Shown here: positions 50,071 through 61,649 of the stretch, piece after piece
Numbering within the stretch: position 1 is the first letter of the stretch
Layout of the letters: each line of letters opens with the position of its first letter
Source: Torpedo marmorata
Lineage: Eukaryota
Direction: 5' to 3'
NCBI GenBank assembly: GCA_977017645.1
Contig: OZ360240.1
Coordinates: 64,294,001-64,355,649 of the forward strand
Length of the DNA: 61,649 nt
Position numbers and translations under genes: made by a program
Notes under the pieces: model-generated
The model's database searches: none
What the model was told of the DNA's origin: nothing
Seen by the model: the letters and a program-made list of their open reading frames with translations, nothing else

Positions 50071-50284
50071 TACTAATGACATGAAAGGAACAGATCAGCA
50101 AAGCCATTCTATTCTTTGTAAAGTGTTCGCAGATGCAATCTTTTCAGTGAGGACTTTGAACAATGTATGCCATTAACATCAACATTTCCATGCTGATGCC
50201 TTTATCATCAACAAAAGCGACACTTCGAAGTTGCATAGCTTGACACAAAGTCACTCAGAACATGCAAGGAAAACATGCCTGGTG

Positions 50285-50630
50285 CACAAACTCATGAGAG
50301 GAGTAGATTTGGTAAATACGCAAAGTCTTTTGCTCAGAGTCGGGAATTGGTAACCAGAGGACATAGGTTTAAGATGAGGGGGGAAAGAGATTTTACAGGA
50401 ACCTGAGTGGCAACTGTTTTTACACAGAAGGTGGTGGGTGTGTGAAATGGGCTGCCGGAGGAGGTGGTTGAGGCAGGTACTATTGCAATGTTTAAGAAAC
50501 ATTTGGACAGATACATAGGATGGGTTTAGAGGGATATGGGCCAAACACAGGCAGGTGAGACTCGTGTGGGTGGGTCTTTTAGTCAGCATGGCCAAGTTAG
50601 ACCAAAGGGCCTATTTCCACGCTATATATA
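50285..50630 (+). mobile_element. CR1 LINE 3' end
   Basis: ACCAGAGGACATAGGTTTAAG...TTTACACAGAAGGTGGTG...GGGATATGGGCCAAACACAGGC. Confidence 0.8.
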
Positions 50631-52180
50631 TCTAGGACTCTGCTGGAAGGGGATATTAAGGAAGAGGGAAAGACATGGAAGATTTTCAGGAGGCAGTTTC
50701 AGAGAGTGGGACCCCAGAAACTGAAGACGTGCAGCAAAAATGGAGCAAAATGCAAGGATGATCACAAGAATCAAGAAGCCAGAGTGTGATCTAAATTTGT
50801 CCCCCAACCAATGTCACTGATTTGATTATATCCAACATTTCGGGCCTGAGCTCTTTGTCAGGAATAAGAAAAAAAACATCGGAATAAAAAGGCAGGGTGG
50901 GGAGTGGGGTGGGGGGGGGTGGGGGGGAGAAGGAAGGAAGGTGAAGGGGGCAGGCCACAGGCTCAGAGAACAAAAATCATAAGCTAATCTCAGAATGGGT
51001 ATGCGTTGAGCACTACATCCGTAGTTAGTGGAGTTCCTTTAAGAATGGTTTGGTACCCAGACTCCCAGCCTTTCCTGTCTCTCTTCTATCTGCAGGAGCA
51101 GATCTAACTGACAGCTGCAGTGATAGGCTCTCAATGGACTTTTGAGCCATGATTTGGAAGGGATTATCGACTAATTGGCCTGCCAGCTCCATGAGCTAAA
51201 CAGCTGAGACTGTAAATTTGCACGTGCAAGCTTGAAAGTCTTGCATTTCTTAATACATGGAGCGGTGGCTGTGGCTTTTGGCGGCGAATATCTGTTTTCA
51301 CTGTCCAGCTACATACTCCCAGCTTGTATCTGGCAGAACCATTCTCAAAGCAGCAAAGATTATTATAAAAGGGGAAGGCACCTAAAATAAGTCATAATCT
51401 AATTGCAGTCTTCAACATCTTAAACCCCATTCCTCACACTGATACCTTCCTTTGGAGATTTCATCATGTGTTAATGAACAACTGTGAACACGGCAAAACC
51501 TTAGATTGAAAGGGAGGTTCTTTCAGTTACGTGCTGCAGCATGGATGCATCGTCTAATTACTTTCCCTAAAACTCATCCTTGCCATTAAAGAGATCATAA
51601 ATTAACAGTGCATTTCTCTCTTCAGATGTAATTGCAATGTGGAAGGATCAAACATGACAGCAACTTCCCTGGGACTACTCGAGCACCTTAGAATGACAAC
51701 TGGCGACATTGCCAAGTGAGGCAAGCAGGAATTCACATGGAGACACAAATTATGGACTTGGACACCAGCCCACGACAAGAGTGTTGGGCTTGCTTAGAAA
51801 TGGCAGTAGACAATTGAACTCAGTAATGACTGGAAATAAATAGCGTGCAGCCTAAAGAATTCCGGAAGTGTGAGCACTTCGAGATTGTTACCTCTTTATT
51901 TCTAAAAAGAAAATTTGGAAAAGTTTAGAGGCATATCTTTCTGTTCCTGCTTTGGGCCTTTGGTTTTAATGGGAGTGGTGCACATGAGGGAGAGAAGGAG
52001 AGATGGATGGAGAGAGAGAAATAAAGAGTCAAAGAGAGAGAAAGTGAAAGTAAGTGAGAGAAAGAGAGAGAGAGAGAAGCAAGAAAGAAAATAGAGAGAC
52101 AGACAGACAGAGAGTGAGGAACCTATCTAAACTCAGAATGGGTGTGTGATTGACAGTGCATTTAGAATAGCTGTGATATC

Positions 52181-52414
52181 TGATGAGCCCATCAATAACT
52201 CCAAAAGACTAGAAGTTGCACAAGAACTGAAAGGCTTTTATTAGCAAAAGAATGGAGCTACATTCGTGCTGATGATCTGTCCCGGACTGGGGGAGGAGCA
52301 GTGGCACAATGGCCTTTATTCAGGGGGTCTGTGGGAGGAGCCACCGGGACAGTCAGCAGGGGCATGTCCAGACTTATCACCCAGCCCACAATCCATACAC
52401 AGTGGTTTACCACA
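52181..52414 (-). mobile_element. Solo LTR of the Mag-like family
   Basis: Reverse complement of 55310-55544; TSD ATATC (52176-52180, 52415-52419). Confidence 0.93.
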
Positions 52415-52954
52415 ATATCCATGTTCTCAATTCTTCAATTCTTCCTCCATCTTTCTTCTCTGCTGAATTGTAAACTGAAGTAAATCCCTCAGCCTGCTGG
52501 AGCAGATATTGACAGCTGTGATTCCAGCCTCACACAGGTTCTGGAAGGGGACATCAGCTCCTCTCACATCCTCTGGCTGTCTGGGGCTGATGTTACTGCT
52601 GGGTTCCACACCCAGTCAATCCAACGGTCAGGCACAGAGGAGGAGATTCCCACCCAGGTGTGTTCAGTCCTCTCTCAATTGGGCCTCTAAGCTTTAGGTT
52701 TGATTCCCCTCTGTGTTTTTATCAGCACTGGTTCGTTTACCACTAAGTGCCTGGTTTAAATTCAGCTCCTGTACCCAGAGTACCAGAGGTGCGCTGAGAA
52801 TGAGCAGTTCCCGACAGAGAGTTCCATTGGTGGAGGTGGTTTCTTTAAGATGAGTATTGGAGCTGTCTGTCCCTTCAGGTGGTTTTAGATGGTTCCATGG
52901 CACTAGTTCAAAGAAAAGATTCCATTCTTTTTTTTTTAATTATATTTTCATGTT

Positions 52955-53191
52955 TATTTTTAAATTTTATTTACAACATGGTCGAAGGCCGATTCCGGCC
53001 ATTGAAACCCGTGCCGTCCAATTACACCAATTAACCTACATCGCCGTAGGTTTTGGAGGGTGGAAGGAAACGGGAGCACCTGCAGGTCATGAGGAGAATG
53101 TGCAAACTCCTTACAGAGAGCACCAGATTCGAACATGAGTTGCTGGCACAGTAATAGCGTTGCGCTAACCAATACGCTAACCGTACCGCCC
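52955..53191 (-). mobile_element. HE1/V-type SINE
   Basis: Reverse complement of SINE head, core and tail. Confidence 0.8.
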
Positions 53192-53697
53192 CCTCTGTCT
53201 TATCCCCTGTGCCCCTTGGCCAACATCACCAAGTGAGCTCATTTTGATGCCATGTTTCCTCTGTTATAACAGCACTTCAAATGATCTTCATTGATTGCAA
53301 AGCAATTTGGGACATACTGAGTTGATGAAGGATACTACTAAAGTGCCAGTCTTTCTTCCCAATATGACAATTCTATGTTAAAAAAAAAGTGACATCCATT
53401 GGAAGAGAAAATACTATATTACTTCATTTTGCTAACCATTGAGTTATACAGCATGGAAACAAGTTTGTGCCAAACGACAACCACCAAATTACACTAATCC
53501 TACACTAATCCCAGTTTTTATTTTCTCCACATTGCCATCAAACGCGCTGAGATTTTACCACTCACCTGCACATGAGAGGCAACTTACAGTGCTCAATTAA
53601 TTCACCCACACACAGGTCTTTCAAATGTGGGAGAAAACCAGGGCACCCAGGGGAAATCCATGTGGACACAGGGAAACCATGCAAACTTCAGACAGAC

Positions 53698-53799
53698 GGG
53701 ATTGACCCTGGGTCTTTGGTGGTGTGAGGCATCAGATGCATCACTGTGGGGATTGACCCTGGGTCTTTGGTGGTGTGAGGCATCAGATGCATCACTGTG
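53698..53799. repeat. Perfect 51-bp tandem duplication in an old SINE
   Basis: GGGATTGACCCTGGGTCTTTGGTGGTGTGAGGCATCAGATGCATCACTGTG twice. Confidence 0.9.
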
Positions 53800-55567
53800 T
53801 CATTCATGTCCTTTAAAAAACAATCTGAATTTTCCAGCAATCAACCGTACAGTGTGGCAAAAATAGATAAAGCCAAAATGGTGGCATTAGGGAAATGTAT
53901 CTATACAATGATATTGATGATGAGTTTATTGTCATACACATTATACAATCTACGTATACACTGGAAGTCTTACTTGCTGCAGCTGAACAGGTATTTTGTA
54001 AGAAAAACTACAAAAACAACTCAAAAATAACTATTCTAGTGTACTTAATTGAATTAAAGAGACAAATAAATACAAAATAGATATTTTAGGTTGTTTTGTT
54101 ATTGCACCGGATAAACTTGTCGTTTAATGGAATTCCTAACTTGGAGTAGCTGCAGCAGTGAACAAAATACAACTCATGAGGTAGGAATATTTTTCCTGTG
54201 AGATCAGCAGTTCGACCTTCCTTACATCAGTCTATGGTGAATTTCCTCTCCGGCACCACGCACAGTCTTCGGCATATGCGATCCTGTTACTCATTGAGTG
54301 TAGCCATGACGGATCTCGCCACATTGTGGGCCAGAATGGCAGACTCAGTCCTTCACAATGGGCACGTTTGCTCACTGAGAAATGCACTGAATAGTAAATG
54401 TGTGCCTCACAGATCAAAGAGAAGGAAGGCTGACATTTATACATGAGTTAATTTGAAGCTATCTGACCTTGCTGCGCAGGTTAAAGCAGCAACTACTTTG
54501 CACGCAGATAGACGTCACAAACAGAAACAGGATCAGCTCACCAGCACATCAGCCACCCCACCAGAGGCCTCAATGCCCTCGACCATTGCTACACAACCAC
54601 GAAAAGTGCCTCTGCTCTGTCCCACACCCACATTTTATTGGATAAGACTACCAGTCAATGCTACTCCTACCTGCCGATAAGCAGAAGCTGTGATGTGTGC
54701 ACCAGGTAGTAAGTCATAGAACATATAGAACATAGAACATTACAGCACAGTACAGGACCTTCAGCCCTCAATGTTGTGCCGACCTATATATTCCTACAAA
54801 AAAATACTAAACCCATCCAACCTCGTAACCTTCTATTTTTCTTTCATCCATGTCTCTTAAATGCCCCCAATGTTTCAGCCTCCACCACCATCCCTGGCAA
54901 GGCATTCCAGGCGCCACAACTCTCTGTGTAAAAAACTTACCCGTAATGTCTACCCTAAACTTTCCTCCCTTCACTTTGTAGAGATGTCCCCTGGTGTTTG
55001 CTACTCCTGCCCTGGGAAAAGGCGCTGGCTGTCCACTTTATCTATGCCTCTCAGAATCTTGTAGACCTCTATCTGTCTGCCTTATGGTAGACAAAAATTA
55101 AAGAATTTCATGTATGTTACATTCTAAATGTAGTATTACGTGACAATAATGGAACCTTTACCTTTACCTTAAATCTCCTCTCATCCTTTTTCTCTCCAAA
55201 AAGAAAAATCCCAACTCTGCTAACCTTGCCTCATAAGACTTATTTTCCAATCCAGGCAACATCCTGTTAAATCTCCTCTGCACCCTCTCCATAGCTTCCA
55301 CATCCTTCCTGTGGTAAACCACTTTGTAGAGGTTGTGGGCTGGGTGATATGTCTGGACATGCCCTCTGCTGACTGTCCTGGTGGCTCCTCCCACAGACTC
55401 CCCGAATAAAGACGATTGTGCCACCTCTCCTCCCCCAGTCTGGGACAGATTACCAGCACGGATGTAGCTCCATTCTTTTGCTAATAAAAGCCTTTCAGTT
55501 CAAGTACAACTTCTAGTCTTTTGAAGTTATTGATGGGCTCATCAATTTTATTAACAAAATCGTAAGC

Positions 55568-56345
55568 ATGGAGAATGTCTTGAGACCAGACAAGCTGGAC
55601 CTCGATCCACAAACACCAGAGGCCGGCAACGCTTTTGAAATCTGGCTAGCCTGCTTTGAGTCGTTCCTGGAGGAGATCAAGATACAAGAAGACGCTGCAA
55701 AATGCAAAGTCCTCCTCTCTAGGTTAAGGCCAGGGGTCTACTCGATGATCCGAGACCTGCGGACTTTCGAAGACGCAATGAATTCCCTTAAAAGACAATA
55801 TATACGGCCAGATAATACAGTATACGCACGACACCGGCTAGAGATGCGGCAGCAGCGGCCCGGTGAGTCGAGCGCAGAGTTCGGCCGGGCCCTACAGACA
55901 CTCGTGCGGGCCTGCGACTGCCAGGGACTGACGGCCGAACAACACGCGAAGCTCCTGGTAAGAGACGCTTTCATTACTGGGATCAGGTCGGTGTATGTAC
56001 GCCAGCGCCTGCTGGAACAAGCTGAACTCACCTTCCGTTCGGCGATAGAGCTGGCCGATACACTGGAAGCCGCGTTGCAGAACTCCGATGCTATCCACGC
56101 GCGTGATCTCCCGCCGGCTCCATGGATACCACAGACCCCACACCACGTCGGTGAATCGACCACAGCTGCCATCAGCCGCGAGTCCGAGAAATGCTACTTC
56201 TGCAGACTCGAAAAGCACCCCCGAAAACGTTGCCCGGCCCAAGAAGTGACCTCCTCCAGCTGCGGGAAGAAAGGCCATTTCGCCAAGGTCTGTAAGTCTA
56301 AACCACGAGCAGGATCGAGCAGCGCCATGTGCGAGGCATGGGGTT
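55568..56345 (+). pseudogene. Mag-like gag
   Basis: RQQRPGES, LVRDAFITGI, double knuckle CYFC...HPRKRCPA...CGKKGHFAKVC. Confidence 0.85.
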
Positions 56346-56599
56346 GCCATTGTTGCCGTCGCCATCTTGCCCGTCCACCGCCACCAAGTGCGAGACATGG
56401 GGGCGGCCATCTTGTGTGTCGTCACTTCCGTCGCCGCCATCTTACTTACCCGCGGCAAACTCGTGCGAATCATGAGAGCGGCCATTTTGTTTGACGCCAT
56501 CGCGCTGACACAGCATGCCACCATCCCGGAACACCTGGCACTCCATCGCATCGGATCAAGACAGAGACTCAACTTTGGCATCTGTTACACTCGACCAAA

Positions 56600-59461
56600 G
56601 TGCGCCCCACCAACTCGCGAGGTCTATGATGGACATTCTGGTGGAGGGACACAGGACAAGCTGCCTGTTCAACATGGGCAGAACGGAGAGCTTCATCCAC
56701 CCAGACACGGTGCAGCAATGCGGCCTCACGACACAGCCGGTAAGCCAGAGGGTCGCCATGACTTCCAGGTCGCACACAACAGTCATCCAGGGGGGTTGTG
56801 TAGCGACGCTAGTGGTGCAGGACACTGAATATCGGGACTTTACACTATTGGTCATGCCCCAACTGTGTGCCCCTGTACTACTGTGGCTCGACTTCCAGAG
56901 TCACTTTCAAAGTGTGACAATGGAGTATGACGGGCCCCTTCCACCAATTACTGTCAGTAACCATTAATTTCTCAAACACGGCAGATGTATTTCGCCACAC
57001 CACACGCGCAGCCGCATCACAGACACTACTTGTGGCCTATCAACCCTCAAGATCCCGCCCCCTATGCTGTCCGCCAATCTGACCCCTGATTGTAAACCTG
57101 TGGCAACCAAAAGCAGGAGATACAGCACGGGGGACAGGGCCTTCATTAAGTCGGAGGTACAACGGTTGCTTGGGGAAGGGATCATTGAGGCGAGCAAAAG
57201 TCCCTGGAGGGCCCAAGTGGTTGTCATCAAGAAAGGTGAGAAAAATAGGATGGTGGTAGATTATAGTCAGACCGTCAATAGGTTCACACAGCTTGACGCG
57301 TACCCTCTACCACGCATTGCAGATATGGTGAACCAGATAGCTCAGTACAAGTTATTCTCCACCATAGATCTCAAATCCGCCTACCATCAGCTCCCCATCC
57401 GCCAGGAGGACTGCCACTACACCGCCTTCGAGGCGGACGGCAGGCTCTATCACTTCCTACACGTCCCCTTTGGGGTCACAAATGGGGTATCCGTCTTCCA
57501 GAGGGAGATGGACAGGATGGTGGACCAGTGCCAATTAAAGGCCACGTTCCCATACTTGGACAACATTACTATCTGCGGTCACGACCGACAGGACCATGAT
57601 AACAATCTTCGGAAGTTCCTCCAGGCTGCCAAAGCACTTAATCTCACCTATAACAAGGATAAGTGCGTGTTCGGAACCACCCGATTCGCCATCCTGGGGT
57701 GCGTTGTGGAGAACTGAGTCATCGGCCCCGACCCCGACCGCATGCGCCCCCTGCTAAAACTACCACTTCCCCACACCCTCAGAGCTCTCAAAAGGTGCTT
57801 GGGCTTCTTCTCATACAATGCCCAATGGGTCCCTAATTGTGCAGACAAGGCTCGCCCCCTAGTCAAGTCCACCACTTTTTCCCTCTAGCGGAGGCATGCG
57901 AGGCCTTCAGCCTCATCAAAGGGGACATTGCCAGAGCAGCAATGCACGCGGTGGACGAGTCCACTCCCTTCCAAGTGGAGAGTGATGCGTCCGACTTCGC
58001 GCTGGCTGCTACCCTTAAACAGGTGGGAAGGCCGGTGGCGATTTTCTCCCGTACCCTTCAAGGCCCAGAAATTCGGCACTCAGTGGTGGAGAAAGAGGCC
58101 CAAGCCATAGTGGAAGCTATCAGGCAGTGAATGGCATTATCTTGCCGGCAAAAGGTTAACCTGCTGACTGACCAGCGCTCAGTCGCATTTATGTTCAGCA
58201 ACCAGCAGCGGGCTAAAATCAAAAACGATAAAATCCTGAGGCGGAGAATCAAACTCTCCACCTACAACTATGATATCATGTACCGGCCTGGGAAGCTCAA
58301 CGAGCCCTCCGATGCTCTATCCCGGGGGACGTGCGCCAGCGCACAGATCGACCGGTTATGTGCCCTCCACTGCGACCTCTACCACCCCGGAGTCACCCGG
58401 CTTTTCCACTTTGTGAAAGCCCGAAACCTGCCGTACCCCCTTGAAGAGGTCAGGACGATGACCGGGAACTGCCAAGTCTGCGCGGAGTGCAAACCGCACT
58501 TCTACCGACCTGACAAGGCACAATTGATAAAAGCAACCCGCCCATTTGAGCGACTGAGCGTCGACTTTAAGGGCCCCCTTCCCTCCACCGACCGCAATGT
58601 GTACTTCCTCAACGTTATTGATGAGTACTCGCGGTTCCCATTCGCCATTCCCTGCCCTGATACCACGACCACCTCGGTCATAAAAGCCCTCCGCAAACTC
58701 TTCACATTGTTTGGATACCCCTGCTGTATCCATAGTGACCGAGGGTCCTCGTTTATGAGTGACGAGCTGTGCCAATACCTGCTGGCCAGGGGTATCGAGA
58801 CTAGTAGGACCACGAGCTATAACCCCCGGGGGAATGGACAAGTGGAGAGGGAGAACGCCACGGTCTGGAAGGCCACACTCTTAGCCCTCAGGTCTAAGGG
58901 ATTACCAGTCTCCCGCTGGCAAGAAGTCCTTCATGAGGCACTCCACTGCATCCGCTCCCTGCTATGTACATCCACCAATGCCACCCCTCATGAGAGACTC
59001 TTTTCCTTCCCCGGGAAGTCGTCCACCGGGACTACCCTACCAGCATGGCTGACGTCCTCAGGGCCAGTGCTGCTCCGGAAACATGTCAGGAGCAATAAAT
59101 GGTCGAGAGGGTTCAACTACTACATGTGAACCCCCAGTACGCCTACGTGGTTTTTCCTGATGGGCGGGTCTCCATCCGGGACATGGCGCCCGCAGGAGCA
59201 CTGGTGCCTGCCCCCGAACACTCCATGGTTTCTGTCACCCACGCACTGACTAGAGACACACAGGAGACACCACCCAAGTCAAAACTGACACCAAACGAGA
59301 TCCCCGTACCGGCCGCGGCATACACACACGAGGTTTTGCTGACGCCAGACCTGCTGGTACCTCCAATCAGGCAGGAGGCAACACCGCCGCTTGCCCCATC
59401 ACCACAAGTACTGCGTCGATCACAGCGGCGGACTCGACCGCCTGATCGACTCGACCTGTAA
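56600..59461 (+). pseudogene. Gypsy pol (PR-RT-RH-IN), frameshifted
   Basis: Degenerate protease CLFNMGRTESF; SPW, DAYPLP, IDLKSAYHQ, PFG, YLDN; VESDASD, EKEA, TDQ; HPG...CQVC, SVDFKGP, HSDRGSSF, NGQVER. Confidence 0.9.
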
Positions 59462-60869
59462 ATATACTAATTTGTAATTTCTTTTGTAAATATTGTTACA
59501 CTCTTCACCCCGTGGGACTCTTTTAAAAGGAGGGGTGAATGTGGTAAACCACTATGTATAGATTGTGGCTGGGTGATATGTCTGGACATGCCCTCTGCTG
59601 ACTCTCCCGGTGGCTCCTCCCACAGACCCCCTGAATAAAGGCGATTGTGCCACCGCTCCTCCCCCAGTCCGGGACAGATTACCAGCATGGATGTGACTCC
59701 ATTCTTTTGCTAATAAAAGCCTTTCAGTTCAAGTACAGCTTCTAGTCTTTTGAAGTTATTGATGGGCTCATCACTTCCTATAATGAGGTGACCAGAACTG
59801 AACACAATACTCTAAGTGTGGTCTTACCAGAGATTTGTAGAGTTGCAACATGACCTCTCGACTCTTGAATTCAATCCCCCTATTAATGAAGCCCAGCATC
59901 CCATAGGCCTTCTTAACTATTCTATCAACCTGCACAGTAACTTTGAGATGTATGAATTTGGACCACAAAGTCCCTCTGCTCCTCCACACTGTTAAGTATG
60001 TGACCATTAACCATGTACTCAGCCTTCTGGTTTGACCTTCCAAAATGCATCACCTCACACTTATCTGGATTGAACTCTATCTGCCACTTTTCCGCCCAAC
60101 TTTGCATCCTGTCTATATCCTTTTGTAGCCTACGACAACCTTCAGCACTATCCACAACTCCTCCAATCTTCGTATCATCCGCAAACTTACTGACCCATCC
60201 TTCTACTTCTTCATCTAGGTTATTTATAAAAATCACGAACAGCAGGGATCGCAGAATAGATCCTTGCCAAACTCCACTAGTCACTGACCTCCAGGCGGAA
60301 TACTTTCCGTCTACTACTACTCTCTGCTTTCTACAGGTAAGCCAATTTTTAATCCACACAGCCAACGTTCCGTGGATCCCATCCCTCATGCTTCATGCAT
60401 GAGTAAAACACAAAAGTTTGCAGACACCATGGTTGAAGTAAAAACACAATGCTGTATAAACTCAGCAGGTCAAAAAGTGTACTTTATATAGCAAAGATAA
60501 AGATACATAACCAACATTTCGGGCTTGAGCCCTTCGTCCAGCTGGTCTGAAGAAACATGACATCCTATGAGTTAGGAGACTGGTCCATATTCAAGGTCTC
60601 TAAAACCAACTGTAATGAATACACCATAACCAACTCCAGGTCAGTGACCCAGCCTGATGCATGAAATTAAGGTAGGACCTGCACAGGGTCATCAGGGATG
60701 CCAAGAGTTGGTGGTGATCTAGAGTTGGCATTGGCGTATGGGGACTCTTTACTTCAGGGGGGCAGAGGGGTTGATTTACCCGAAATTTTACACGGGGCCA
60801 GACACAGGCCGCTGCATCCTCCGTGAACCAGCGTGCTAAGCGTAGGGGGGGGAGGGTAAATACCTAGAT

Positions 60870-61649
60870 GCACGCAAGGGGTGGGTGCAGTTCACTAGCG
60901 TGCGCCCAGCTACACTCTAGTGACGTTTGACGCACACTAGGGGTGGGTGGAGAGTCACTAGCGTGCGACAAGCTGTACGCTCATGACGCTTGACGCACGC
61001 TAGTGACGGGGGCGGGTCTGACCGCGAGCGATGGCCACTAGTGTATGGGGGTGCACAGTACCTCGCTTGGGGGTGCAATGCCCGCGAATGACCCCCCCTT
61101 GGCGCCGACCCTGGTGGAGCGGGTCCGCCATTATTGTTAATTTGTTTATCTTTTTGCTTTCTCTGTCTGATTTTTTTTCTTCTTGCTTTGCCCTAATTTT
61201 CCCCACTGTTTTGCCAGAATTTTCCCCACTGTTTTGCCCGAATCTGGGGGGGGGCAACTGCCCCCCCTGCACCCCCGGCTCGTACGCCTATGAGAGTTGG
61301 GTCATAGTCGAACCTTACAGACACCAGGCACTTGTGGCAGGACCAAGGAGGGTGCCAGACTATTTTGCGCCCTAGGCCGGGCTGAGCGCGGTGGGGGAGT
61401 GGGGGGGGCTGACCAAGCTGAGCGCGGGGAGGGGTGCTGACCGGGCTTAGCGGTGGGTGCAATACCTGATGTGACGTTCGATGTGCACCGTACCTCTTCC
61501 TCCCTCCGCCTTATCAGACTAACATGCGTTAGAACCACGTCATTCATGATGCACAGCAGGGGCGTAGCCAGGTTTTAACGTTAGGGGGAGCAAGAGCATA
61601 TAAAAAAGGCTCCACGACCACGGCTGTGCACGTGTGCACGCGCACACAC
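60870..61649. mobile_element. Cluster of GC-rich hAT-like ends and short tandem duplications
   Basis: Right-end-like GGCGCCGACCCTG (~61101-61113) and GCTCGTACGCCTATG (~61278-61292); left-end-like CAGGGGCGTAGCCAGG (61557); ~62-bp duplication at 60878-61003. Confidence 0.45.

Larger units (their letters stand above)
55310..59773 (+). mobile_element. Full-length degenerate gypsy LTR retrotransposon (Mag-like)
   Basis: LTRs 55310-55544 and 59540-59773 (TG...CA); TSD CTTCC (55305-55309, 59774-59778); PPT AAAAGGAGGGGTGAA; order gag-PR-RT-RH-IN. Confidence 0.95.
54713..60388 (-). mobile_element. CR1 LINE (RT C-terminal half and 3' end), split by the gypsy insertion
   Basis: VTSGVWQGSIL...SKFADDTK...FNPDKCEVMHFG; LVRPHLEYCVQFWSPHYRK continues as RKDVEAMERVQRRF on the other side of the LTR element. 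Confidence 0.88.

Noticed and set aside
51985-52115. GA-rich tract
   Set aside because: Ordinary degenerate microsatellite.

Overview
Repeat-dense eukaryotic (vertebrate) DNA, most likely an elasmobranch (shark/ray), judged from many HE1/V-type tRNA-derived SINEs with CR1-type tails plus CR1, Rex1/Babar, L1 and Penelope fragments. No confident host exon was found. The main structure is a BEL/Pao LTR element (14518-28825, TSD CCTTC). Its 5' LTR holds a 203-unit 14-bp minisatellite against 3 units in the 3' LTR. Its gag starts with a SAP-like motif, and its RT/RNase H/integrase region is replaced by coiled-coil sequence that includes an intronless fragment resembling vertebrate MIPOL1. A younger, RT-deleted Gmr1-type gypsy element (21811-27688, TSD CATG, tRNA-Pro PBS, PR-IN-RH order) is nested inside it. 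Three related solo LTRs all have the TSD GTGG. A Mag-like gypsy element (55310-59773) and the BEL element both lack a tRNA PBS and instead carry a short segment complementary to their own LTR (candidate self-priming). Also present: a 3'-truncated L1 with a 17-bp TSD, MITEs, other solo LTRs and two fold-back structures. Family assignments come from recalled motifs, not database searches.
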